DNA of 61,309 nt from an uncultured Candidatus Saccharibacteria bacterium (lineage in GTDB: Bacteria; Patescibacteriota; Saccharimonadia; Saccharimonadales; UBA4665), in assembly GCA_964654135.1 (NCBI GenBank), contig CAZZHV010000002.1:1-61309 (forward strand). The letters are read 5' to 3'. The translations under genes and the position numbers were made by a program. Shown in pieces: positions 1-9,073 of the stretch (positions are counted from its first letter, which is position 1; every line of letters starts with the position of its first letter). Below the pieces are notes generated by a model. The model saw nothing but the letters and a program-made list of their open reading frames with translations, was not told the origin of the DNA and searched no databases.

Positions 1-23
1 CCATAAGAGAAGGGAAATGGGCT

Positions 24-755
24 ATGACTACCGAGAAGACATGGGATTTTGGCGGGCTGAAAGCAATATTTTTCAACGGAACACTTACCAAGTCTCCCGG
101 TAAGAGCCACACAGACCTTATTATCCAATCAAGCTGCGATATTATGGAAAAGCATGGCATTCAAACAGAGGTAATACGCACGATTGACCACGATATTGCT
201 ACTGGTGTGTACCCAGATATGCGCAAACAGGGTTGGGAGGCGGATGAATGGCCGGAGCTCTACAAAAAGGTAGAAGCTGCCGATATTATCGTAATAGCTG
301 GTCCGATTTGGCTAGGCGACAATAGCTCGCAGACCAAAAAGATCATTGAGCGTCTCTATGCCTGTTCGGGCGAGCTCAATAAAGATGGCCAGTACGCTTA
401 TTATGGCAAGGTTGGCGGCTGTTTGATTACGGGCAACGAAGACGGTGTTAAACATTGTGCCATGAATGTTCTATATAGCTTGCAGCACCTTGGCTGTACC
501 ATCCCACCGCAGGCTGACGCGGGCTGGATTGGCGAAGTCGGCCCTGGCGCCAGCTATGGCGACAAACAGGACGACGGCACGCGTGCGGGCCTCGACAACG
601 AGTTTACCAATCGCAACGTTACCTTTATGACCTGGAACCTGATGCACGTAGCAAAAATGCTCAAAGAAGCGGGCGGTATTCCAGCGTACGGCAATCAGCG
701 CACCAAATGGGACAAAGGCCAGCACTTTGATTACGAAAACCCCGAATATCGTTAG
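24..755 (+). CDS. NAD(P)H-dependent FMN reductase / flavodoxin-like oxidoreductase
   Basis: 243-aa ORF; ATG preceded by GAAGGGA. Flavodoxin-like layout (ADIIVIAGPIW, GGCLITGNEDG) typical of the NADPH-dependent FMN reductase family. Confidence 0.7.
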   Translation: MTTEKTWDFGGLKAIFFNGTLTKSPGKSHTDLIIQSSCDIMEKHGIQTEVIRTIDHDIATGVYPDMRKQGWEADEWPELYKKVEAADIIVIAGPIWLGDNSSQTKKIIERLYACSGELNKDGQYAYYGKVGGCLITGNEDGVKHCAMNVLYSLQHLGCTIPPQADAGWIGEVGPGASYGDKQDDGTRAGLDNEFTNRNVTFMTWNLMHVAKMLKEAGGIPAYGNQRTKWDKGQHFDYENPEYR

Positions 756-1369
756 TTGTTTTTGGTAGCGTCAATGACGCTCAAAAGGGCGGTGGCGGCA
801 ATGCTAACGCGAGGGTCGCTACCATCGCTCATAGATGTGTCGAGTGACATTTTAACGATAAAGGGATTTTTGTGATGCACAATGGTGGCTACTGTCTGGC
901 TGTTGTGTGTAATGACGTAGGTTTGTTTGGCAAAGGCAAGAGCTAGGTCGAGAAAGTCGCCCACAACGGGAATGATGCTAACCCAGCGACGGGCAAGTGC
1001 TAGGCCACCACTCGTTTCTTGGATGGTGCCAAAAACATTGCCTTGTGGATCTGAAAGGTCCCAGTGGTCACGAACAAAGGTCGATTTGAGCCCTTTGCGG
1101 CGCAGGCTAAAGAGCGCATTGGCAGAAGTGCTGTCGTAGACGTCGTAGGTAGCACCAAAGTCAATAATATTGCGTGCATGAATGCGAATAACTTCGCTCG
1201 TCATGGACTGATCGCTATAGAGGCGAATATCTTCCTTGAGTTTCCAGGCCTTCATGTTAATAAAGCCGACTTGGCTTTCGGTGGCAGGATCTGTTACAAA
1301 AATCTTGGCGCCAACGAGTACCCAGAATTTGCGGCGGAATTCGAGTGCTTTGTATTGTGTGTAGTCCAT
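752..1369 (-). CDS. LURP-one-related / scramblase-like (tubby C-terminal-like) family protein
   Basis: ORF 752-1486 trimmed to the ATG at 1369, which has a GGAG 7 nt upstream. Family assignment is from overall sequence pattern, from memory only. Confidence 0.5.
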   Translation of the reverse strand: MDYTQYKALEFRRKFWVLVGAKIFVTDPATESQVGFINMKAWKLKEDIRLYSDQSMTSEVIRIHARNIIDFGATYDVYDSTSANALFSLRRKGLKSTFVRDHWDLSDPQGNVFGTIQETSGGLALARRWVSIIPVVGDFLDLALAFAKQTYVITHNSQTVATIVHHKNPFIVKMSLDTSMSDGSDPRVSIAATALLSVIDATKNN

Positions 1370-1471
1370 CGGTAATCTCCAGTAGTTAGGCACAGTATAT
1401 ATGAAGCTGCCTAAAAGCCCAATCTCAGGTAAGCTGAGCACAAAATAAATATCTTGTGCCATAATGGTCGC

Positions 1472-1933
1472 ATGGACAACAAACAAATCGAATCAATTAT
1501 CCGCGAGTATTTACCGCAAACTATTCATATGTCACTTGCAACAAGCCGTGACGATCAGCCATGGGTGTGTGAAGTGCACTTCTCAACAGACGATGACCTA
1601 AACATTTACTTCTGCTCAACCCCCGATCGCCGTCACTGCGAAGAGATTATGGATAACCCCAAAGTTGCGGGCAATATGGTAACGCAACACCACAAAAACC
1701 AGAAGGTACGCGGCGTGTACTTTGAAGGTACTGCTGAATGCCTTGGTGAAATAGATGAAAATCATCCTGCATACCAGGCTGTTGCCAAACGCTTTGGTCA
1801 GGCATTTAAGATTCAGGCACTGTCGGACTACCACGGACCACGTTACTACAAGATTTCTGTTAAAAACTGGTACCTGTTTGACGCGTACGAATCAAACCCA
1901 CCTCAGAAATATCAGCTTGCATGGAACAAATAG
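1472..1933 (+). CDS. pyridoxamine 5'-phosphate oxidase-like FMN-binding protein
   Basis: ORF trimmed to the first ATG (MDNKQIES...). N-terminal pattern LPQTIHMSLATSRDDQPWVCEVHF is typical of the PNPOx-like split-barrel family. Confidence 0.7.
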   Translation: MDNKQIESIIREYLPQTIHMSLATSRDDQPWVCEVHFSTDDDLNIYFCSTPDRRHCEEIMDNPKVAGNMVTQHHKNQKVRGVYFEGTAECLGEIDENHPAYQAVAKRFGQAFKIQALSDYHGPRYYKISVKNWYLFDAYESNPPQKYQLAWNK

Positions 1934-2466
1934 TGGAAGTTACCGCAGAAGATATAGAGATACTAGATCTTGTCGATGACAATAATGAGGTTATTGGCCA
2001 AATAAAGCGCTCAGAGGTCTATGACTTAGAGTACGAGGCAGGGCATTTGCGAGCATCCGATGTTTTTATTGTGAATGACGAAGGCAAATTGTGGATTCCT
2101 GTACGTACTGCTGATAAGAGATCGTTCCCCAATGGCTTTGATTTTGCGGCCGCCGAGCATGTTCAATCTGATGAAACATATATTGACGCTGCTATTCGCG
2201 GCCTCGACGAGGAGCTCAATCTTACCGTGACGCCAGACGCCTTAGCACTGGCTGGTGTATTGGCGGCAACACCCGAGATAAACTACTTCCGTGCACTATT
2301 TGTATATCGTACAAATGACACACCAGAGTACTATAATCCGAATGATTTCTCGAGTGCATCTTGGCTGACCAAGGATGAAGTTCGTAAAAAAGTCGCCAAT
2401 GGCCATCCGACCAAAATGGCAATCGAACCGTCGATAGATTATCTAGAGTCAAAAGGGCTCATCTAA
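1921..2466 (+). CDS. NUDIX hydrolase
   Basis: 181 aa with a degenerate Nudix box (E..x7..RGLDEELNL). Overlaps the upstream gene by 13 nt. Confidence 0.7.
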   Translation: MEQIVEVTAEDIEILDLVDDNNEVIGQIKRSEVYDLEYEAGHLRASDVFIVNDEGKLWIPVRTADKRSFPNGFDFAAAEHVQSDETYIDAAIRGLDEELNLTVTPDALALAGVLAATPEINYFRALFVYRTNDTPEYYNPNDFSSASWLTKDEVRKKVANGHPTKMAIEPSIDYLESKGLI

Positions 2467-2468
2467 CA

Positions 2469-2506
2469 AAAAATCCCGGTGCAATGACCGGGATTTTGTA
2501 TTTTTG
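2469..2506. terminator. bidirectional rho-independent terminator
   Basis: Hairpin AAAATCCCGGT-gcaatg-ACCGGGATTTT with A/T runs on both sides. Sits between convergent genes. Confidence 0.75.
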
Positions 2507-2515
2507 GTGAATAAA

Positions 2516-2902
2516 TTATTTAATACCAACAAGCTCGATATCAAACACGAGGTCTGAATTTGGAGGAATGTTTGCACTTGGTGACTGTGCGCCATAAGCT
2601 TGCGCAGCAGGGATAACCAAGCGACGGATGCCGCCGACTTTCATACCTGGAACGCCGTTTGTCCAGCCTGCAATAACTTGGCTAAGGCCAAAGGTAATTG
2701 CATCACCAAAGTCGTGTGAACTCTGGAAAATAGTACCATCCTTGGCGAGTGCGCCAGTGTAATGCGCGGTGATTGTTGCGCCTGGTTTTACTTCGTCGCC
2801 AGTACCTGGCTGTACATCTATAATCTGCAATTCTGATACTGAATCTACAGGATTAAAGTTTGCTAATTTGGTGCCTTCTAATGGTGTGTTGCTTGGATTC
2901 AT
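2516..2902 (-). CDS. FKBP-type peptidyl-prolyl cis-trans isomerase
   Basis: 128 aa. FKBP C-terminal signature: GLSQVIAGWTNGVPGMKVGGIRRLVIP...DLVFDIELVGIK. Confidence 0.9.
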   Translation of the reverse strand: MNPSNTPLEGTKLANFNPVDSVSELQIIDVQPGTGDEVKPGATITAHYTGALAKDGTIFQSSHDFGDAITFGLSQVIAGWTNGVPGMKVGGIRRLVIPAAQAYGAQSPSANIPPNSDLVFDIELVGIK

Positions 2903-3083
2903 CTTCCAAGTGTATCACTACTTATGGGGCATAAAAAAGCCACCTAGCGTGGTGGTTTTGTATACATAAGGGGTGGTGCAGACATTTTATTTGGTTTTCG
3001 CTTGAGGCAGCGAAGCGCAGAAAATGTCCAAAAACTACGGGTGTAGCAATCTAGTAGGGTGCGGGTGCTCGCCTAGGCGAGTC

Positions 3084-3689
3084 CTACGCCTTGAAGGCCT
3101 TGGCGAGCGCGACGGCGAGTCGCTTGGGACTGTCACCGAGCCATGTGTCGAACGTATCGACTTCGCAGTCCTGTAGGAACTGCTTCTCCATGAACTCCCG
3201 GTACATGCCTTCCAGGCCGAGGCCCTCGAAGGGGTTCGGGAGCTTCAGCTCAGGCTGAGACTTGGCCCACTCGTCGGCGGCCTTGATGAGTGCCTGCATC
3301 TGCGCACGGTGGGCGATCTTGTCGTCCTCGGCGGCCTGCTTGGCGACGTCATCGGCGTACTTGGCCTTGGCATCTGCCTCGGTAGCCTTCAGGCGCTTCT
3401 CAGCGGCCCGCTGCAGTTTGGTGGCGGCTTCGAGCTCGGCATCCGCCTCGACGGTCAGCTTGGCACGCTCCAGGGCGAGCTGTCGTTCGCCGCGGGCGAT
3501 GTCCTCGTCGAGCCTCTGGTGACGGCGTTCTTCACTCAGGTCGTTCTGTTCGGCCAGCTTGAGGCTGACTTCAGACTCACGGATCCTGAGCGCGATCGCG
3601 CGGTGCTTGCTCCAACCGGAGCCGAACTTCACGACGGCGGCAACGCCGACAACCATCGCGGCCAGCGGCCACAGAATGTCTCCCAACAT
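3084..3689 (-). CDS. N-terminally membrane-anchored coiled-coil protein (GC-rich foreign-looking gene)
   Basis: 201 aa; GAGGAGG RBS. One N-terminal TM followed by Ala/Glu/Lys-rich heptad-like sequence. Codon third positions are almost all G/C, unlike both flanks. Confidence 0.7.
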   Translation of the reverse strand: MLGDILWPLAAMVVGVAAVVKFGSGWSKHRAIALRIRESEVSLKLAEQNDLSEERRHQRLDEDIARGERQLALERAKLTVEADAELEAATKLQRAAEKRLKATEADAKAKYADDVAKQAAEDDKIAHRAQMQALIKAADEWAKSQPELKLPNPFEGLGLEGMYREFMEKQFLQDCEVDTFDTWLGDSPKRLAVALAKAFKA

Positions 3690-3741
3690 TGGGAAACCTC
3701 CTCATACTAGATCTCTGAACAGCGGTTGCTGATCAGAATAT

Positions 3742-3770
3742 ATTTTACAATAAAAACCATATAAATTCAA
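3742..3770 (-). promoter_or_regulatory. sigma70-type promoter for 3084-3689
   Basis: On the minus strand TTGAAT-17 nt-TAAAAT, in an AT-rich spacer directly upstream of the GC-rich gene. Confidence 0.45.
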
Positions 3771-3821
3771 ATATATAACCAAAATATGGTGTGCTATGCT
3801 TTTGATACTAACGAGGGGAAA

Positions 3822-4364
3822 ATGGTGATTACATCAGGTGTTGAGGGAAAATATTTCGATATAAATCAGCAAAATATGTCGAATGCACGCAGGATTACGC
3901 CTGACAGCGCGTCGATTACCGTGCAGCAGCTACTTGCAAGGACCGAAATCGCCGATATTGCGGAGGATTTGTCACCGTTCGCGCAGTTGTATATTGCCGG
4001 CAGTCCGTACAAAAGGGAGCTGCTCGCGTTTTATCCCTCAGCTGCGCTCGGGCGTTTTGTGCTTGAATCGCACATTACAATGCCCATGAACGTTGAATGC
4101 GACGAAACAACTTGTGGTGCTGTTGTCTACGACAGGGGATTTTTGGTCGCTACAGGTCTTGTCGAGCGTGAAGAATTTTCACAGGCTGACACCGCATATG
4201 ATTGGACGGCTATGACTTTACGCCAATTTGCCGGTCGTGTTGCGGATCAGAACCCGCTGGTCGGCGAACAGGCAGCGCTATACTTAGGCGAGATGCACGA
4301 ACAAGGGCATGAGCTGCTCGAAACCCATAATCGCCAAGAAATGAACTTCGCGCTCCAGCGATAG
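3822..4364 (+). CDS. hypothetical protein
   Basis: ORF 3786-4364 trimmed to the ATG at 3822, preceded by GAGGGG. No recognisable motif. Confidence 0.5.
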   Translation: MVITSGVEGKYFDINQQNMSNARRITPDSASITVQQLLARTEIADIAEDLSPFAQLYIAGSPYKRELLAFYPSAALGRFVLESHITMPMNVECDETTCGAVVYDRGFLVATGLVEREEFSQADTAYDWTAMTLRQFAGRVADQNPLVGEQAALYLGEMHEQGHELLETHNRQEMNFALQR

Positions 4365-4382
4365 TTGTGAGATGATTGAGCT

Positions 4383-4808
4383 ATGATTACTTATTACACC
4401 GATGGAAGCGCCAGTCCAAACCCTGGTCCGGGCGGCTTCTCAGTTATTAGAGACATGAAACCTTGCCGATTGGGCACTGAGCCAAGCGGCGAAGAGACAA
4501 CGAATATTCGCATGGAAGGTTTTGCTATTATGGCAGCCCTCGAAGACGCAAACGGCGAAGAATGCCGTATCCATACTGATAGTGAATTCTGGATTAATGT
4601 GATCACTAAATGGTCACTTAACTGGGAGAAGAACGGCTGGAAAAAGAAGGGCGGTGAGATCAAAAACCTTGATATCGTGCAACAAGTCTGTCCATTGTAT
4701 CGTAAGTCTAAGGCTACGCTTATTTGGGTCCGTGGCCATAATAATGACGAGGGCAATGAGCTAGCCGACCACTGGGCAAACGAAGCCCGTAAGGGTGAGC
4801 GCCTCTAG
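4383..4808 (+). CDS. rnhA: ribonuclease HI
   Basis: 141 aa. Catalytic pattern YTDGS ... MEGFA ... HTDSE ... RGHNNDEGNELADHWA. Confidence 0.9.
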   Translation: MITYYTDGSASPNPGPGGFSVIRDMKPCRLGTEPSGEETTNIRMEGFAIMAALEDANGEECRIHTDSEFWINVITKWSLNWEKNGWKKKGGEIKNLDIVQQVCPLYRKSKATLIWVRGHNNDEGNELADHWANEARKGERL

Positions 4809-5299
4809 CGTTCTTTACTGTACAGAGACTTGTCGCTGGCTGGTAGGGTGTCCTTGCCGTCAGCGACTTTTTCTTTGGGCGCAAACTGAATAACCAACAT
4901 ACGGACAAGTGCCAGCACACCAACGATTAGACTAAGACCAGCCACTTGTTCAAATTTTGGATGATTTAGCCAGACATTGACGATTTCGTTAAGCATGATA
5001 ATGAGAATAGTGTCGACAATATAACGAACATGGACGCTGCCATCTTTAAGATAACCAAGAATTGTAATCGTGATTTCAACGAGCGCCACGATAAAGATTA
5101 CGTCCAGGAGCATGTGCTGTAGGATATATTCGAGCGGCTTATTAAACGACTGCACGAGATCAAGACCAGCTTTGTAGGTGCCGATAACCAGTGCTGCGCA
5201 GATAATTACGAGCAACACATTCAACAAGAATCTGATGAACGTCGAAAAATAGACGGTAAGTTCGAAAAAGAATTTGGGATATTTGGCAATTAACTTCAT
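4805..5299 (-). CDS. PsiE-like integral membrane protein
   Basis: 164 aa with four hydrophobic helices. Resembles the phosphate-starvation-inducible PsiE family (from memory). Confidence 0.55.
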   Translation of the reverse strand: MKLIAKYPKFFFELTVYFSTFIRFLLNVLLVIICAALVIGTYKAGLDLVQSFNKPLEYILQHMLLDVIFIVALVEITITILGYLKDGSVHVRYIVDTILIIMLNEIVNVWLNHPKFEQVAGLSLIVGVLALVRMLVIQFAPKEKVADGKDTLPASDKSLYSKER

Positions 5300-5430
5300 A
5301 TCTATAGTCTGACAGAAGCCGTGACAAATTTACAGCAGACGGCACAAACGTTTTCGGGTAGAATGTACTTACGTTTAAAACAATCTCCTGTGTTTATGAG
5401 TGGGGCACAGGCTAACTTCGAGGGTAAACT

Positions 5431-6603
5431 ATGGACACAGACGCATCTGAAGCCACTGTGGCTGAAGAAACTAATGCTGCGGCTAATGAAGCCGTAAAAA
5501 ACGACGACAACGAGCTTGTTGAACAAGTTTTGGATGCAGAAAAAGTAGATTTGGAGAAGGATGTTCCAGATCAGGAACGTATTGCACACCAGTCCGAGGA
5601 AGAAATCGAGGCTGCACGTCAGGCAATCGCTGAGTCTGGTGAGATTGATGTTTTTGCATGGGCAAATAACATGTTCCAGCACAAAGACCAGCTCAAGATC
5701 GACCTGTTCTTTATTAACAAGAACAATGTCATGTACCGCACTAAGACTTCTCCTGATATCGAGAAGCAGATCCAACCACTCTTTATTAATCCAATGCTCG
5801 AATACCTTATGATGGGCGCTGGTGCCGGTATGGTGCTTCGCTCGTTTGAAGACGGTGAAGCCGAAGATAATGTGCTGCAATACACCAAGTGGGAAAATAT
5901 TCTGCGCCTTCGAGAAGTAATGCACTGGTTGCACACACAAGAACACGAGATGGAATTCTTTAAAGAAGAAGAGCACGATCTTAAGCGCATAAAAGGTGTC
6001 CTAGCACGCTGTAACCACCCATCCATGAACGAGCCGTTCTATATTATTAAGGTATTGCCATCTGCGCAGACCTTTAAAGGCGATGGCTCGTGGATGGTGC
6101 AGGGTGAACGCTTTGTTCCATTTGAGGCTCCTGCGTTTCGTATTCCAGCCGACAACCAAATGCTTGTAATCGAAGACGACATCTTTGTCTTTAACCAGGC
6201 CAAGCTTGACCGTATGTTTGGCTACAACGTTAAAAAGAATGCCGTGGCTGAGCAAAAGGTTCGTGAGATCGAAGAACACTTTAAGCTAGCTTTCCCGGAG
6301 GGTATGGATTTGCAATCGCTCGTTAAGGGTAGCAAGCCAACTGTCAACAAACTTCAGAAGATGGAGATTGGCGTTATGACACAGGATGATCTCGTGGATC
6401 ACGGTGCCGAGCTTGGCGTAGAGCTCATGGTAGACGATGCGGGTGCGATTATTATTGAGAACACCAAAGACCTTACCAAGTTCGTAAACTTACTCAACGA
6501 CGACTATTACGAATCACCACTAACTGGTATTAAGTACGAAGTTCGTGGCAAAAAAGAGCTCAAGCCGCCAAAAGATGACGCGGCAGCCGAAATTGCACTC
6601 TAA
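5431..6603 (+). CDS. hypothetical acidic protein, possibly DUF4868/KwaB-like
   Basis: 390 aa with an acidic N-terminus. Central and C-terminal pattern (FYIIKVLPSAQTF ... FRIPADNQMLVIEDDIFVFNQAKLDRMFGYN) recalls DUF4868. Unverified. Confidence 0.6.
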   Translation: MDTDASEATVAEETNAAANEAVKNDDNELVEQVLDAEKVDLEKDVPDQERIAHQSEEEIEAARQAIAESGEIDVFAWANNMFQHKDQLKIDLFFINKNNVMYRTKTSPDIEKQIQPLFINPMLEYLMMGAGAGMVLRSFEDGEAEDNVLQYTKWENILRLREVMHWLHTQEHEMEFFKEEEHDLKRIKGVLARCNHPSMNEPFYIIKVLPSAQTFKGDGSWMVQGERFVPFEAPAFRIPADNQMLVIEDDIFVFNQAKLDRMFGYNVKKNAVAEQKVREIEEHFKLAFPEGMDLQSLVKGSKPTVNKLQKMEIGVMTQDDLVDHGAELGVELMVDDAGAIIIENTKDLTKFVNLLNDDYYESPLTGIKYEVRGKKELKPPKDDAAAEIAL

Positions 6604-6628
6604 AACCTAGAAAGTGTATACTTGAGCT

Positions 6629-6943
6629 ATGCAAAACGACTCTGATAAACAGAAGATAGAGGCCTATTACGAACAACTGCGCAAGGGTGCCAAACAGTTC
6701 GACGAAAAAACTGCCAACGCACTCTTAATGCAGGTTTCTATGGAAGATCAGGGTCGTATTCGTGAACGCGACGAAGGCAAAAAGGACGTAAGCCTTACGA
6801 CGCTGCTGATATTTCCTTGGCGTTTGTTCGATCCTGGCCTAAAGCCGCGCAACGGTACGCGTCTGCTCGTTATTCTCATCTTCTTTGCATTGCTGGTTGT
6901 GGTGCTGCCTTGGCTGGTGCTCAAGTTCGTGCATGTCGGCTAG
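6629..6943 (+). CDS. small protein with C-terminal transmembrane segment
   Basis: 104 aa with a hydrophobic C-terminus (LLVILIFFALLVVVLPWLVLKF). Lies 25 nt downstream of 5431-6603. Confidence 0.5.
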   Translation: MQNDSDKQKIEAYYEQLRKGAKQFDEKTANALLMQVSMEDQGRIRERDEGKKDVSLTTLLIFPWRLFDPGLKPRNGTRLLVILIFFALLVVVLPWLVLKFVHVG

Positions 6944-7128
6944 ATTAGCTAACAACAGGGGTGCAATTTGCCAAACTACGGCAACACGATAGATAAGCAT
7001 AAGCCGCATTCTGGATACAAAAGTTATTCAATATTGCTGCATAAATGTCAAAATTGCATTGGTATTTCGTTATTTGCTCAGTAACAGATACAATATAAAC
7101 ACTAAGAATTTGGGGACAAATAGGGATT

Positions 7129-8391
7129 ATGAACCAGAAAATGGCATTAGATTGCATGATGCGCGGTGAGAGCGTCTTTTTGACGGGTCCTGCTGGCTCT
7201 GGTAAGACCTATGTGTTGAACCAATTCATCAAGAAGGCCCGCAAAGAGGGCATGGTTGTGGCTGTAACTGCTACGACTGGCCTAGCAGCAACTCATCTTA
7301 ACGGCACTACCATTCATGCCTGGAGCGGCGTTGGCGTGCGCGATGAACTTGAACAAGATTTTTTCGATCATTTGCGTAAAGATCGTAAAAAACTCATTAA
7401 AGAAACAGATGTACTAGTAATTGACGAGGTGTCTATGTTGCACGACTACCGCCTCGATATGATCGACGATATCTGCCGCCATGTTCGCAAAAATGCCGAA
7501 CCTTTTGGCGGATTGCAGATTGTGCTCTGTGGCGACTTTTTCCAGCTACCACCGGTAAATCGTTCTGGCTCTAGGGAAGGTGGCTTTGTAGTGCGTTCAC
7601 GTGCGTGGGAAGACCTTAATCCGGTTGTGTGTTACCTCGAAGAACAACATCGCCAGGACGACAAAGACTTCTCCGATATTTTAAACGCCATGCGTGCCGG
7701 TGATGTTCGCCGTCGCCACGCCGAAGCTTTGCTGGAGCGTGTAGGTGCCGAATTGCCCGACCATCACGAAATTACCGAACTGCACACTGTAAATGTCGAC
7801 GTCGATCGTATTAATCAGCAAAAGCTCAAGGCACTCAAAACCAAGCCACACAATTATCCTCAGCATACATTTGGCCCCGATAACTTCGTGGAAACACTTA
7901 AGCGTTCTTGCATGGCCGCCGAAGATTTGGTGCTCAAAAAAGGCGCTCTGGTTATGTTTCTCAAGAACAATAGCGAAAAGAAATACGTTAATGGTACGCT
8001 TGGCACCGTCGTAGATTTTGAAAAAGTAACTGACTACCCAGTAGTGCAACTTTTGGACGGACGTGAACTTATTGTAGAGCCCGAAACGTGGGAGCTTCGC
8101 GATGGTGATACGAAGCGTGCATCGCTTGCGCAAATCCCATTGCGTCTAGCGTGGGCAATTACCGTTCACAAGAGCCAGGGGATGACCTTGGACGCGGCCA
8201 AGATTGATCTTCGTCGTGCCTTCGTAGAAGGTATGGGCTACGTGGCATTGTCGCGTGTACGTGGGCTACAGACGCTAACACTTGTTGGGATTAACCGCAT
8301 GGCACTCAAAATTAGTGATGAAGCGCTCGAGGTCGATGCTATGCTTCGCCGTAAATGCGAGGAAGATGTGGCAAACTTTGCGGCTGCTTAG
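7129..8391 (+). CDS. PIF1/RecD-family ATP-dependent DNA helicase
   Basis: Walker A GPAGSGKT, TIHAWSGVG, motif II LVIDEVSM, and C-terminal ITVHKSQG. Confidence 0.85.
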   Translation: MNQKMALDCMMRGESVFLTGPAGSGKTYVLNQFIKKARKEGMVVAVTATTGLAATHLNGTTIHAWSGVGVRDELEQDFFDHLRKDRKKLIKETDVLVIDEVSMLHDYRLDMIDDICRHVRKNAEPFGGLQIVLCGDFFQLPPVNRSGSREGGFVVRSRAWEDLNPVVCYLEEQHRQDDKDFSDILNAMRAGDVRRRHAEALLERVGAELPDHHEITELHTVNVDVDRINQQKLKALKTKPHNYPQHTFGPDNFVETLKRSCMAAEDLVLKKGALVMFLKNNSEKKYVNGTLGTVVDFEKVTDYPVVQLLDGRELIVEPETWELRDGDTKRASLAQIPLRLAWAITVHKSQGMTLDAAKIDLRRAFVEGMGYVALSRVRGLQTLTLVGINRMALKISDEALEVDAMLRRKCEEDVANFAAA

Positions 8392-8443
8392 ACGCCCGGA
8401 ATAGGGCAGGTCTTCAGCTAAAGTATGCTACACTAGAACCAAG

Positions 8444-9073
8444 ATGAACGCCGCAATCCAAGCGATTAAAGACGCCGTTCGCAAGTTTATGCGAGGGATA
8501 GCCAAATGGCTTAATGCAGTTAGTGGGGGACGAGTTTCTCCAAATGCAGTAACTATTTTTGGTTTCTTAATGCATGTGCCAATCGCGTTTTTAATTGCTA
8601 CCGCACATCCTTTGAGGGCTGCAGTATTGTTGGTTATTTTTGGTCTTTTTGACACACTTGACGGCGAATTATCACGCCTACAGGGTCGCTCTAGCACCAA
8701 AGGCATGCTGTTGGACGCTTCTACTGACCGCATGAAAGAAGTACTGCTTTACGGGGGTGCTGCATATCTTTTGGCAGCAAGCGCACACCCGCTCAACGCA
8801 GTGTGGGCAACGATAGCCTGTGGCGCCTCACTGTGCGTAAGCTATGTTAAGGCAAAGGGCGAAGCTGCAGTGGCGAGCGGCGAAAAGAAAATCCCTCACG
8901 ATGTGCTTAACCGCATGTTCAAAGACGGCATTTTGACTTTTGAAATTCGCATGGTCGTCTTGCTTATCGGTCTTATATCGGGTTACTTGGTATGGGCAAT
9001 TGCAGTTATCGCAATACTTGCTAGTTTTACGGCTTTCCAGCGTCTAATAACTATTAGCAAGGCGCTCGATTAA
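8444..9073 (+). CDS. CDP-alcohol phosphatidyltransferase family protein
   Basis: Signature DTLDGELSRLQGRSSTKGMLLDASTDRMKE, matching DG(x2)(A/S)R...G(x3)D(x3)D. Multi-TM. Confidence 0.8.
   Translation: MNAAIQAIKDAVRKFMRGIAKWLNAVSGGRVSPNAVTIFGFLMHVPIAFLIATAHPLRAAVLLVIFGLFDTLDGELSRLQGRSSTKGMLLDASTDRMKEVLLYGGAAYLLAASAHPLNAVWATIACGASLCVSYVKAKGEAAVASGEKKIPHDVLNRMFKDGILTFEIRMVVLLIGLISGYLVWAIAVIAILASFTAFQRLITISKALD

Noticed and set aside
5302-5976. 224-aa minus-strand ORF overlapping the start of 5431-6603
   Set aside because: It has a Phe/Leu/Cys-rich nonsense-like composition and no RBS. It overlaps a better-supported plus-strand gene.
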